Shown here piece after piece: positions 36,823 through 46,546 of a stretch of 64,000 nucleotides of DNA. A model generated the notes under the pieces. The model saw nothing but the letters and a program-made list of their open reading frames with translations, had not been told where the DNA came from and did no database searches. Within the stretch, counting starts at the first letter, position 1. Each line of letters starts with the position of its first letter. A program made the translations under genes and the position numbers. Origin of the DNA: an uncultured Gammaproteobacteria bacterium (GTDB lineage Bacteria; Patescibacteriota; Microgenomatia; UBA8517); NCBI GenBank assembly GCA_964489145.1, contig CAZAXL010000004.1, positions 8,176 to 72,175 on the forward strand, in the 5' to 3' direction.

Positions 36823-37643
36823 TGTTTCTTTATGAGTCTAGATTTTACCAGATTTATTGCGGGCGTCAAACTTCCCCAACCGGACATTGAAACCTGTTGC
36901 CAAACATTAACCAGCGAATAAACCAACCAATAAAGCGCCAGTCCGGATGGAAGACTTAATCCAAAAATTAAAGTCATTAAAGGCATCATGTAAGTCATGG
37001 ACTTTTGCATGGCAACCTGAGTATCATCAAGTGTGCCTTTGGATTTTTTGGCAATTTTTTGCTCTTGTGTTATGTATGGACTTGTTATTTTCACGGACAA
37101 AAACTGCGCAATAGTTGCGAGAATTAAGAATAATCCCGGTATGCCAAACGGTATACCCTGGATGTGAAAAGCGTCCGGTTTGCTTATATCTAAATATAAG
37201 AAGCGCGTATTGAGTGGTTGATCGTCCGAAAACTTGAGAGGGGCGTATAAAAGATTATTAAGTTTTCCTGATGCTATATCTTGACTGGATAAAGCTGCTG
37301 TAAAAACCTGAAAAAGGGCAATTAATACCAAAAACTGTAATATGTAAGGAAGGCATCCCGCCGTGGGGTTGATTTTGTTTTGTTTATAAAGTTCTGCTTG
37401 TGCTTGTGAAATCTTTACCTTGTCGCTTCCGTATTTTTTCCTAAGCTTCGCAAGCTGTGGTTCCATCTCCTTAATTCTTTTCATCGACTCCATGTACGGC
37501 TTTGTAAGAGGTCTCAGGAGAAAAATTAAAAATACGCTAAAAAGAATAATTGCAATTCCAAGATTTTGTCCCAAATACTTATAAAAAAGAATAAGACCGT
37601 TTGTTAATGGCTGAACTAGTATTGTTGTAAAAATATTTCCCAT
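36819..37643 (-). CDS. yidC: Membrane protein insertase YidC
   Basis: GIAII, LYKQNKINPTAGCLP..LQ, PSGLALYW. Confidence 0.93.
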   Translation of the reverse strand: MGNIFTTILVQPLTNGLILFYKYLGQNLGIAIILFSVFLIFLLRPLTKPYMESMKRIKEMEPQLAKLRKKYGSDKVKISQAQAELYKQNKINPTAGCLPYILQFLVLIALFQVFTAALSSQDIASGKLNNLLYAPLKFSDDQPLNTRFLYLDISKPDAFHIQGIPFGIPGLFLILATIAQFLSVKITSPYITQEQKIAKKSKGTLDDTQVAMQKSMTYMMPLMTLIFGLSLPSGLALYWLVYSLVNVWQQVSMSGWGSLTPAINLVKSRLIKKQ

Positions 37644-37650
37644 TTATTGT

Positions 37651-37872
37651 TTATTTTACGGGGTCAAATCCGTAATCTCCCCAAGGATGGCATTTACTAA
37701 GCCTTTTTAAACCCATTTCCAAACCTTTGGGAAAACCAAATTTTTCCAAGGCCTCAATTGTATATTCCGAACAGGTCGGTGTAAAACGACAGGCTTTACC
37801 AAAAACAGTCTCCAGAACCGGAGAGATAAATTTTTTATAAAAGCCTAATACAAAGATCAATATTTTTTTCAT
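37651..37872 (-). CDS. yidD: Membrane protein insertion efficiency factor YidD
   Basis: YKKFISP, CRFTPTCSEY, KCHPW, DPV. Confidence 0.95.
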   Translation of the reverse strand: MKKILIFVLGFYKKFISPVLETVFGKACRFTPTCSEYTIEALEKFGFPKGLEMGLKRLSKCHPWGDYGFDPVK

Positions 37873-38213
37873 TTCATTAGTCCCGCTTTTCTAAGCGAGA
37901 AACGAACCTCTTTCATTATGTCTGTCGTTGAAACTCTGTAAATACTTGTCTTTGCCAAAAAAACCACATCGTATCCTTGAACAAGGTTGATACTATCGAT
38001 TCGAACAGCCTCGCTCATTGCTCTTTTGAATCTGTTCCTATCAACCGCATCTTTTGCAATTTTTGTAGAGACTATAAATCCAAATTTACTGGGTTCCTTG
38101 TCCCCTCTCTCTACATATGCTATTCCGAAACTGTCTGATTGAAATACTTTTCCTTCAGTTTGAACCCTGGCATAATCCTTTGCACCGGTAAGTTTAAATT
38201 TTTTTGCAAGCAT
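37869..38213 (-). CDS. rnpA: Ribonuclease P protein component
   Basis: FGFIVSTKIAKDAVDRNRFKR (RNR motif). Confidence 0.93.
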   Translation of the reverse strand: MLAKKFKLTGAKDYARVQTEGKVFQSDSFGIAYVERGDKEPSKFGFIVSTKIAKDAVDRNRFKRAMSEAVRIDSINLVQGYDVVFLAKTSIYRVSTTDIMKEVRFSLRKAGLMK

Positions 38214-38222
38214 AATTGGAGC

Positions 38223-38363
38223 TTAAACAGAAAGATGTTTTCTCCCCTTCAGTCTTCGTCTTTTGATTATATTTCTGCCGGACTTGGTGCTCATTCTGAC
38301 TCTGAAGCCGTGAGCTCTAACTCTCTTAATTTTACTTGGTTGATAGGTTCTCTTAGTTGCCAT
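38223..38363 (-). CDS. rpmH: 50S ribosomal protein bL34 (absent from the ORF track)
   Basis: Manual translation [46 protein letters not shown]; canonical position. Confidence 0.96.
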   Translation of the reverse strand: MATKRTYQPSKIKRVRAHGFRVRMSTKSGRNIIKRRRLKGRKHLSV

Positions 38364-38415
38364 GACGTTTATTATAGTTTAACTATTAAATTTTGGCAAT
38401 TGGGGCTTGACGAAT

Positions 38416-38424
38416 TGTGGATAA
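38416..38424 (-). promoter_or_regulatory. Perfect DnaA box upstream of dnaA
   Basis: TGTGGATAA, the reverse complement of TTATCCACA. Confidence 0.85.
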
Positions 38425-38502
38425 CTTTGTAAATAGTACTAAGTACTTAGAAATTTCTGCTCCAAAGCCTCTTGATTTTTACAAGGTACAGATTAATCAA
38501 TT

Positions 38503-39864
38503 ATGAACAATGAACAAGTTTGGAAAGATTCGCTAGAAATTATAAAGGTCACGGTTTCACCCGCAATATTTTCTACCTGGTTCTCACAAACCCATCTTGT
38601 TTCCATAGAAGACTTAAGCGAGAGGACTATTGTTGAAATAGGGTGTCCCACTTCTTTCGCAAAAAATACTATTGAGGCTAGATATTTCGGTTTGGTCCAG
38701 GACTCATTATCAAAAGTGGTGGGAAAGAAGTGTGACTTAACTTTCATGGTTAAATCAAATCCTAAAATAATTAAGGACACACTAGGGGAGTCCTCTCCGC
38801 TCTTTTCGGTTGAAAAAGATGAAAAAAGCTCTCTTGAGGTTTTACAAAGAGCAAGGGTAAGACCGAGTTTCACTTTTGAAAATTTTGCAGTTTCTTCTTC
38901 AAATCAAATGGCTCATGCCGCAGCAGAGGCAGTTTCTAAAAACTTGGGGTCTGCATATAATCCTCTTTTTATCTGGGGTGGGGTAGGAGTCGGAAAGACT
39001 CATCTCATGGTTTCCGTAGGAAATTCTGTTCTAAAAAAAGATCCCGAGAAAAAAGTACTTTTTTGCACCGGAGAGGATTTCACAAATGATATTGTTGAGG
39101 GTATCAGAAACAAGACAACACAGGCTTTTAGAAACAAATACAGGAAGCTTAATCTGCTTCTTATTGATGATATTCAATTTATTGCCGGCAAAGTCACCGT
39201 ACAGGAAGAATTTTTCCATACTTTCAATTCAGTTACTTCCGTCGGAGGACAAATTATATTAACTTCCGATAGACCACCTTCCGAAATTTCCAAACTTGAA
39301 GAAAGGCTCAGAAGCCGATTTGAGGCCGGTCTTATCGTAGACATAGCCCCGCCGGATTTTGAACTAAGGTGCGCAATCACCCAAATTAAAGCAAGAGAAA
39401 AGGGAGTTGATGTCTCTTCTGAACAAGTTCAAATGATTGCAGCAAATACTGAATCCGCCAGAAAAATTGAGGGAATTCTGACAAGAATTTTAACCGAGAT
39501 ACACATAAAGAATGTTGTTGTTACAAACGAGTTAATCGAGTCGATGTTTTCAAAAAGCTTAGAAACTTCAGGGAAAATAACTCGAAGTTCTCCCGATGAA
39601 GTTATTGATGCTGTTTCTAAATACTTCCAGATAGGAAAGAGGCTGCTTTTGGGGGAGAGTAGGGCGCGGCCCATCGCAAGGCCAAGACAAGTTTTAATGT
39701 ATATCTTAAGAACTCATCTAGGAATTCCTCTGGAGGAAATTGGGAGAGTGGTCGGAGGAAGAGACCATACTACAGTAATGCACGCTGTGGAAAAGATAAC
39801 AGGATTGGCCACAATCGATGTGCAAATCCGTGAGGATATTTTGAAGATAAAACAAACCATTTGA
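38503..39864 (+). CDS. dnaA: Chromosomal replication initiator DnaA
   Basis: YNPLFIWGGVGVGKTHL, LIDDIQF, QEEFFHTFN, RLRSRF, GGRDHTTVMHA. Confidence 0.98.
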   Translation: MNNEQVWKDSLEIIKVTVSPAIFSTWFSQTHLVSIEDLSERTIVEIGCPTSFAKNTIEARYFGLVQDSLSKVVGKKCDLTFMVKSNPKIIKDTLGESSPLFSVEKDEKSSLEVLQRARVRPSFTFENFAVSSSNQMAHAAAEAVSKNLGSAYNPLFIWGGVGVGKTHLMVSVGNSVLKKDPEKKVLFCTGEDFTNDIVEGIRNKTTQAFRNKYRKLNLLLIDDIQFIAGKVTVQEEFFHTFNSVTSVGGQIILTSDRPPSEISKLEERLRSRFEAGLIVDIAPPDFELRCAITQIKAREKGVDVSSEQVQMIAANTESARKIEGILTRILTEIHIKNVVVTNELIESMFSKSLETSGKITRSSPDEVIDAVSKYFQIGKRLLLGESRARPIARPRQVLMYILRTHLGIPLEEIGRVVGGRDHTTVMHAVEKITGLATIDVQIREDILKIKQTI

Positions 39865-40180
39865 AAACAATTTTAAAGTTTATTGACTTATCAACAACAA
39901 GATTCAAATTATCCACAAATCTATTCACAATTGTCTATGCCTACCATCAACACAAAATCATCCCGAAAAGTAAATTTGTTTTTGAAAAGTTTTCTACTTA
40001 TCAACACTCTCTACTACTAGAACTACTAGTTAATATATGATAAACAAAGTTTGTCACAAACTACCGTTTATGATATTTGTCACAAACTACCGTTTATGAT
40101 ATTTGTCACAAACTACCGTTTATGATATTTGTCACAAACTACCGTTTATGATAAACAAGGTAAAGAAAAATTAACGAAAT
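39865..40180. other. Replication origin oriC (dnaA-dnaN spacer)
   Basis: DnaA boxes TTATCAACA 39888, TTATCCACA 39909, CTATTCACA 39921 and TTATCAACA 39998; DnaA-trio-like CTACTACTAGAACTACTAG 40011-40029; then an AT-rich stretch. Confidence 0.85.
40050..40153. repeat. Four perfect 26-bp tandem repeats
   Basis: TTTGTCACAAACTACCGTTTATGATA at 40050, 40076, 40102 and 40128. Confidence 0.95.
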
Positions 40181-41293
40181 ATGAAATTGCAGGTACTTCA
40201 GGAAAATCTGGAAAAAGCAGTCAGTATAACGACAAGATTTGCGAGCACTAAAGCACAGCTTCCTATTTTAGGAAACATTCTTTTATCTGCAAAAAAAAGC
40301 AAAATATTCCTATCTTCAACAAATCTGGAGATATCAGCATCAGTGCAAATTGGGGCAAAAGTTGAGAAAGAAGGAGAAATAAGCATTCCGGCAAAAGTCA
40401 TTACAGACCTTATTTCTAATTTACCCAAAGAAACAATAAACCTTGAATCTGAGAAAGAACAATTAAAAGTTTCAACAACAGGATTTTCATCCACTATTTT
40501 AGGAATTGATCCTACGGATTTTCCGAAGGTTCCCAACACACTTAACGATAAAAACACCATTGTTTTTTCAAAAAAAGAGATATCTGATTCTTTGAATAAG
40601 GTTATTTTTGCCACTTCGGTTGACGAAACAAGGCCAATCTTGACGGGAGTTCTTTTTATATTGGATAAAAATTCCTTATCTTTAGTCGCTACGGATGGAT
40701 TTAGGCTTTCCAAAAAAGTTATTCCTCTTAAAGACTCTAAAAGTGACAAAAAAACTGTAGTTATTCCAAAAGGTGTTTTAGGGGAAATTAATAGGGGAAT
40801 TTTCGAAGCTGATGAAATTCTTTTTGATTTGGAAGAAAATGAAAAACAAATTATTTTTGGAATAGAAGATACTGTTTTAACATCCAGACTATTGGAAGGA
40901 GAGTATCCTGATTTTGAAAAGATAATTCCCAAAGAGTCTAATATCAAAATCACACTGGATAAAGAAGAATTTTTGAGAGCGGTGAAGCTTGCCTCTATTT
41001 TTGCCAGAGAATCCGCGAATGTTGTAAAAATTAAAATTTTGAAAGATTTGATAAAAGTTTCGGCTGAAAGTAGCGCGGCGGGAAGTCAGGAAACTAAGGT
41101 TGATGCAAAAATTGACAAGGGAAGTTCTGAGGAATTTGAAATTGCTTTTAACTACAGGTATATAGAAGATTTTCTACATTCGGTGGTAGGGGAGGAAATA
41201 AAAATGGAGTTTTTGAATTCGACCTCTGCAGGAGTTTTTAGAGATACGAATGATTCAAGTTATCTTCATTTGATAATGCCGGTAAAAATATAA
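40181..41293 (+). CDS. dnaN: DNA polymerase III beta sliding clamp
   Basis: LPILGNILL, STNLE, RPILTGV, VATDGFRL, GEYPDF, IAFN, LIMPV. Confidence 0.97.
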   Translation: MKLQVLQENLEKAVSITTRFASTKAQLPILGNILLSAKKSKIFLSSTNLEISASVQIGAKVEKEGEISIPAKVITDLISNLPKETINLESEKEQLKVSTTGFSSTILGIDPTDFPKVPNTLNDKNTIVFSKKEISDSLNKVIFATSVDETRPILTGVLFILDKNSLSLVATDGFRLSKKVIPLKDSKSDKKTVVIPKGVLGEINRGIFEADEILFDLEENEKQIIFGIEDTVLTSRLLEGEYPDFEKIIPKESNIKITLDKEEFLRAVKLASIFARESANVVKIKILKDLIKVSAESSAAGSQETKVDAKIDKGSSEEFEIAFNYRYIEDFLHSVVGEEIKMEFLNSTSAGVFRDTNDSSYLHLIMPVKI

Positions 41294-41295
41294 CA

Positions 41296-41859
41296 CTACT
41301 GGCCCTCGACGGGATTTTCCGAAAAGGCTTGTCCAAAACTTGTTTTAAATTCATTAAAAGTTGTTGGTTTAAAATACCAAACCTCCAATACAATTCCCGA
41401 TCCCTGGTGTCCAATGTATGCAATTCCTTTATCAGGGTAAATATAAAGATTAAATCCGCTATATGAACTTGATTTATACAAAACATTTTTGTAATTGCCG
41501 TATTTTTCGTTTATGTCTGAAATTGTAATATCATCTTTTGATGAAACAATTTGTTTAACCAGAGTTAGTATTTCGGAATCTATAGAAAATTGATTATTAA
41601 AGTTTGGATTGTTTGATTCATATTCAAGTGTTGTGAGCGTATCGCTTCGGTTTTCTTTCACTGCGGTTCCCATTTGACCAACAACATCGTCTTTGGTGCT
41701 AATACCGGGCGTAAGACTGTTATATGAGGCTCCGGTTTCGGGAATCTTAGTTTTTTGGTTGGTGTCACCTCTACCGGAAAGGGAAATGTAGACAAGATAA
41801 GCTATCGATAACAGCGAAATTGCGGCGATTGCTAAAATTATTTTCTTGTTTTTAAACAT
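41296..41859 (-). CDS. Membrane-anchored hypothetical protein
   Basis: N-terminal TM; LTPGISTKDDVVGQMG and YIYPDKGIAY; last gene of the virB4 run. Confidence 0.7.
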   Translation of the reverse strand: MFKNKKIILAIAAISLLSIAYLVYISLSGRGDTNQKTKIPETGASYNSLTPGISTKDDVVGQMGTAVKENRSDTLTTLEYESNNPNFNNQFSIDSEILTLVKQIVSSKDDITISDINEKYGNYKNVLYKSSSYSGFNLYIYPDKGIAYIGHQGSGIVLEVWYFKPTTFNEFKTSFGQAFSENPVEGQ

Positions 41860-41873
41860 ATTTATATTTTACC

Positions 41874-44723
41874 CTAATTGAAAATATATCTCATTAAAAA
41901 TTGGTAGTGAATTGGCCATTTTTGTTGGACGTTTCCACACCTAGGTTGGACAACATAGAGAGCTATTGCTTCCGGTAGAGATTCGCCATCGTTCCAATTT
42001 TGGGTAGCACTATAAAAACAATACGGCGACTCACTTGTTATTCCCGGATACTCTAAATACAACTGATAGAGTTTTGCGGTTTTATTTCCCCACGATAATG
42101 AATGTCCTAGTTCGTGAGAAAGGGTGTAAAGGGCATCTGCCTGATTTTTAACACCAAGTTTGTAAAAATCTACATAGCTTCCATGATTCCAGCCCCAAAA
42201 GCTTTCAAATGAGAAGGGATTGTACCTAAGAGGTAATGATGGATAAGACATACAAACTTTTGAGATGTAACTGCTATATTTTGAAACCATGACACCCCTT
42301 GCATTAACAATGTTGGCATAATATTCTGATGGCCAAGCGTTGGAATCGATATTTAAACATGCCGCCGGGGGAGTGCCTATTGATATAGAGGCCGCACCGG
42401 ACACTTCTTGTTGGGCAGCTTCTTCTGAATCTGCTATGACAGTAAAAGTATCTAAAATAACGGAATCTTTATAATCATTTCCGGAATAATTTTCGGTATA
42501 AGTAAAAACATAAGGGGCACTGGGAGATATTGAATCAGGAATGTCGGTGGACACTTCAGATGGGCAGGTTTTTGTCGGACCCGTCGAAAATATTTGGCAG
42601 TCATTTTTGAAGGCAATATTGGTTAAGGGGCTTTTCTTTGCGGTAACAGTAATGGTATAGCTAATTTGTAGTGGTAATTCAGTGTTTTTAAATGGTCCCT
42701 GAGGGGTTGCTACTTTGTCAACTTGAATGTGGGGGTTCGAACTTAAAGTTGTTATTTGTGTAGGAGGAACAACATAAGCGCCAGAGTTAATGATAAAAAG
42801 AATAAGAGCAACTACTACAGGGAAAACTAAAAGAGTTATCAAAACAGGTGTTCCAATTGAGACAAGAACCGCCCCTCCAAGGGTTGTAAAAAAACTGCCG
42901 ATACTTGTTCCGACAGTTCCCAGATTGATTGTTCCACCTGCGGCCGCCGATGCTAGGCCGAAAGAACCTATTCCGACCACAACTCCCACGAGAGGTCCCG
43001 CAATTGCGAAAGATCCAATTCCCAGAACAGCTCCTATTATGTAGGGGGCGTTTTTCTTGATTTTGTCCCAGGGGATTTTACTTGCAATCCAGCCAACTGC
43101 TGCACCAATTGCAGCTGTTACTACTGCGAGCGGACCACCAGCCAGTCCTAATGCCGCACCCGTTCCGGCACCGGTGGCTGCACCGCCGGCTGCTCCCACT
43201 GCGGTTCCAGTTGCCCCACCCGCTGCAACTCCGACACCTGTTCCAACGGCTTCACCAGCAATCACACCTCCAACCCCGGCAGTCACGACTCCGGTTTCTA
43301 AAACGGCGGTTCCCGCAATGGCACTGACCCCCTCGGTGGCGACAATTGCTGTACTAGCAACCTCAGTCGCAGCCGGTGTTATAATCGTAAAACCAAAATC
43401 AATTCCCAATGAGCTTCCCAGTCCTTCAAAAAAAGTTGAGGCTCCTGGTATTTGCTGGATAATAGGAATAAACACACCGTCCCCAAAGGGGGTGTACTTG
43501 GTTAGTCCAACAACAGAAAGAGCTTGTTGTCCAAGCTCACTGTTATATATTCCCGTAATTAAACTGTCGGAGGGCAATTTCATAATTTGAGAGTCGAGAA
43601 AATTACGGGCTTGTCCAAGCAGGAAACCTTGGGCTTGGTCTTTGCTAAATGAGGTCACACTGTCCAGTAAATTTGATTGAGATTGAAGAAGGTTTGAATA
43701 GCCGTCACTTAGTTGATGAAGATCAATCTCGTGTGTATATCCCTCTATCGGCTGGGTAGTGAGTGTAACTTTAATTTCATTTGGATCGGGTCCAAAAACC
43801 ACAGCAGCAAGATCTCCATTTACAGACGTAAGAATGTTTCTGCTTAGTTGAGTGGAATTATTAAAGAAGGCTAATTCTTGCGTAGCTGTTTTTAAAAAAT
43901 TCTGTACGTTTGCGTCGGAACTAATACTTTTGACGATATTGGTTTCTTTAGAGACAGACTTCAAAATAGCTGTTTGGAAATTTGTTTCTATTTGCTGTGA
44001 GGGGTTGTTAATTGCAAGCACTGTGTCATTTGCCGTTTTGTCAGATAAAACCGTAATTTCTTCTTCTGACAAATTTTTGGCAAATTCGCTCGAGTGAATT
44101 TTTGCCTTTACAATGTTGGAAATTTCTTTTCTGAAAGATTGAGGATATTTTTTGGCTTCCTCAATAAACTGTTTGGTGTTTTCATCCGGTGTTTGAGTTT
44201 GAGGCGCCTCAACTTTTACATAAATTTTTTTATTTTCCAAAAAACTTTGTATTTCTTTTTGTTTTTGTGTTTTTTCTTCAAAAGACTTCTTTATTCTTTC
44301 GATTTCTTGTTGTCTTTTATATGTTTCTTGTTTTTTTCTTAAAGCCTCCTCAACATTTTTTTGAGCACTTTTTTGGGTTTCTTTTAGTTCAGCTTCTCTT
44401 TTTTGCCGTTCGAGTTCCAGAAGTTCCCTCGCTTCTTTATCCGGCAGATTTGAATCAACCGGCTTTTCCTCTTGTTTATTTGAAGTGAGTGCTTCAACGG
44501 CAAGCTGTGCCCTTTTTATATTTTCCAGATCCCTTTCGGATTTAATTAAGACCCCTGTAAGACGACTTATGAAATCTATGAAATCTGCACGGTTTTTCCA
44601 GTTAAACTCACCCGAAACATAAGATTTGTCTGCCGCATAAATTGTGTCTTCGGGGAAAAAATGGGCAAATGCGTCTATTAAATATTTTGTGTTTTCGGAA
44701 GTCAAACTAATTTTATTTGCCAT
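41874..44723 (-). CDS. Large membrane protein: coiled coil, glycine zipper/TM region, beta-rich domain and C-terminal HExxH zincin-like domain
   Basis: E/K/Q coiled coil, long GxxxG run, several TMs, LSHELGH and downstream ESLPEAIALY. Confidence 0.72.
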   Translation of the reverse strand: MANKISLTSENTKYLIDAFAHFFPEDTIYAADKSYVSGEFNWKNRADFIDFISRLTGVLIKSERDLENIKRAQLAVEALTSNKQEEKPVDSNLPDKEARELLELERQKREAELKETQKSAQKNVEEALRKKQETYKRQQEIERIKKSFEEKTQKQKEIQSFLENKKIYVKVEAPQTQTPDENTKQFIEEAKKYPQSFRKEISNIVKAKIHSSEFAKNLSEEEITVLSDKTANDTVLAINNPSQQIETNFQTAILKSVSKETNIVKSISSDANVQNFLKTATQELAFFNNSTQLSRNILTSVNGDLAAVVFGPDPNEIKVTLTTQPIEGYTHEIDLHQLSDGYSNLLQSQSNLLDSVTSFSKDQAQGFLLGQARNFLDSQIMKLPSDSLITGIYNSELGQQALSVVGLTKYTPFGDGVFIPIIQQIPGASTFFEGLGSSLGIDFGFTIITPAATEVASTAIVATEGVSAIAGTAVLETGVVTAGVGGVIAGEAVGTGVGVAAGGATGTAVGAAGGAATGAGTGAALGLAGGPLAVVTAAIGAAVGWIASKIPWDKIKKNAPYIIGAVLGIGSFAIAGPLVGVVVGIGSFGLASAAAGGTINLGTVGTSIGSFFTTLGGAVLVSIGTPVLITLLVFPVVVALILFIINSGAYVVPPTQITTLSSNPHIQVDKVATPQGPFKNTELPLQISYTITVTAKKSPLTNIAFKNDCQIFSTGPTKTCPSEVSTDIPDSISPSAPYVFTYTENYSGNDYKDSVILDTFTVIADSEEAAQQEVSGAASISIGTPPAACLNIDSNAWPSEYYANIVNARGVMVSKYSSYISKVCMSYPSLPLRYNPFSFESFWGWNHGSYVDFYKLGVKNQADALYTLSHELGHSLSWGNKTAKLYQLYLEYPGITSESPYCFYSATQNWNDGESLPEAIALYVVQPRCGNVQQKWPIHYQFLMRYIFN

Positions 44724-44725
44724 AG

Positions 44726-46546
44726 TTATTTACCGGAGTAGGGATTTGTTGCCACCCTAATTACTTCCTGCGGCTTGGTTGTTATAAGCTTGTTCTCATT
44801 CTCCGAGGCAACAATTCTGATTGGTGCGTGGTGAGGTCCGGCAAAGAAAATTCCTTCTCCGACGTTGGCAGCCAGAAGAAGTCTCTTTTCTCCCTGGGAA
44901 AGGTAAAAGACCTCGCCGATTTTATCAATTGCCGCCGGTGATTGCTTCAGGAGGACCTGCATAGCGCTGTTTGTGACAATAGCCTTTCCTATGTCCTGTC
45001 CGAGGAAGTCTTCGACGTCCTGGGTTATCGTAGTGAGTCCCAGATAGTATTTGCGGGCCCTCTTGACAACACTCCAAAGAAATTGCGCCGTATCTGGATA
45101 TCTCATCATGTGCCAAGCCTCGTCAACTATCAGAATTCTTTTCTTTAAATCTTTCTTAACCCTTGTCCAAATATAATCGAGAATTATGAACATGGCGATG
45201 GGGCGGAGTGCATCCTGCAGATCTTTAACGGAGAAAACAGTAAATGGGTTAGTGATATTAATATTCGTTTGCTGATCAAAAATTCCCACAAAACTTCCTT
45301 TGACAAATTTCTCGATTCTGGCGGCCAGATCCAGTGCGTCGGGGACCTCCATTCCAATAAGAGTTTTGTAAAGATCCTCCATTAAAGGCGGTTCTTTTCC
45401 TTGAGTATCAGGATCCATAGTTATTCCCTTGGCTTTATAGGTGATAATCAGGGCTCTATCCAAAAGTGCTTCCTGAGTTGGAGTAATTGCTCCCATGATT
45501 ACTTTCATCAGAGAATGAAGTGAGAGAATTTTAAGTCCAAGCTGGTTTTCTCCCTCCTCCCTGATTTGTGATAAGTCGAAGGGGTTTATTTTTGCGGTTG
45601 AGTTGTAGGAGAAAGAAATGTATTCGCCCCCCACAGCTTCAGCAATGGTTTTGTACTCGCTTTCCGGATCAATAACAATTGTTTCTATCCCAACCATGAG
45701 TGACCTAATTGCTTCCAGTTTGACAAAATAAGACTTGCCGGCGCCACTGGTTGCGAAGATTGTCATATTGGCGTTTTGCAGGCTAAATCTATCAAAAATG
45801 ATAAAAGACTCGTTTTGGGAATTTATACCAAAGAGCACCCCGCGGTCGCTTGAAAGCTCAGTTGAGGTTAAGGGAAAAGTTGTGGCTACGGAGGTTGTGT
45901 CCATATTTCTCGTAATGTTTAACCTGTCTATTCCAAAGGGAGCCGTTGCCGTAAAACCCTCGGACATATCAAGCATGGCGTGTTTACTGACAATCATTAA
46001 GGATCCAAGTTGGGATTCAACCTGTTTGGTTATTTGGTTAAGTTCCTCGGGGGAGTTGGCGGGAATTGTTATGTAAAATCCAAATTCATAAAAACGCTCG
46101 ATTCCCTTGACAAGTTGTTCCTGAAGAGCTTGTGCGTCTTCGAGTTTAGCCTGTGTAACGGGGTCGACGATTTTACCGCGTTCGATATCGGTCATTATCT
46201 CAGCTTCCATTTCGGCAATTTTACGTCTTAGATCATCGAGCACACTTTTTCCGTCTACAGGATAAATGTAAAAAGAAATATCGAGAGAAGTATCTATATT
46301 CACAACCGGCTCAAGCCATCCGGGTGCAACAAATCTCGGATAACCTCCAACAAAAATAGTCCTGAAGTAGATATCGTTTATTTTTAAATAATCAAAATCT
46401 ACCTCGACAGATTGAGGGGAAATCACATCCAATAAACTCATTTTTTGATTCATGACTGAAAAAGCCGGAGATATGATCTGCGGTTTAGCCTCGGTTTCCT
46501 GGATGGGAACCGTCGGTTGCTGGCCTTGTTTATTGTCTGGTTTCAT
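44726..46546 (-). CDS. virB4: VirB4/TraC-like type IV secretion ATPase
   Basis: IIFDRFSLQNAN, ATSGAGKS (Walker A), VIDPESEY, INPFDL, IVDEAW (Walker B), KRARKY, TITQDVEDF. Confidence 0.9.
   Translation of the reverse strand: MKPDNKQGQQPTVPIQETEAKPQIISPAFSVMNQKMSLLDVISPQSVEVDFDYLKINDIYFRTIFVGGYPRFVAPGWLEPVVNIDTSLDISFYIYPVDGKSVLDDLRRKIAEMEAEIMTDIERGKIVDPVTQAKLEDAQALQEQLVKGIERFYEFGFYITIPANSPEELNQITKQVESQLGSLMIVSKHAMLDMSEGFTATAPFGIDRLNITRNMDTTSVATTFPLTSTELSSDRGVLFGINSQNESFIIFDRFSLQNANMTIFATSGAGKSYFVKLEAIRSLMVGIETIVIDPESEYKTIAEAVGGEYISFSYNSTAKINPFDLSQIREEGENQLGLKILSLHSLMKVIMGAITPTQEALLDRALIITYKAKGITMDPDTQGKEPPLMEDLYKTLIGMEVPDALDLAARIEKFVKGSFVGIFDQQTNINITNPFTVFSVKDLQDALRPIAMFIILDYIWTRVKKDLKKRILIVDEAWHMMRYPDTAQFLWSVVKRARKYYLGLTTITQDVEDFLGQDIGKAIVTNSAMQVLLKQSPAAIDKIGEVFYLSQGEKRLLLAANVGEGIFFAGPHHAPIRIVASENENKLITTKPQEVIRVATNPYSGK

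Noticed and set aside
40050-40153. CRISPR array in oriC
   Set aside because: Head-to-tail identical units with no spacers.
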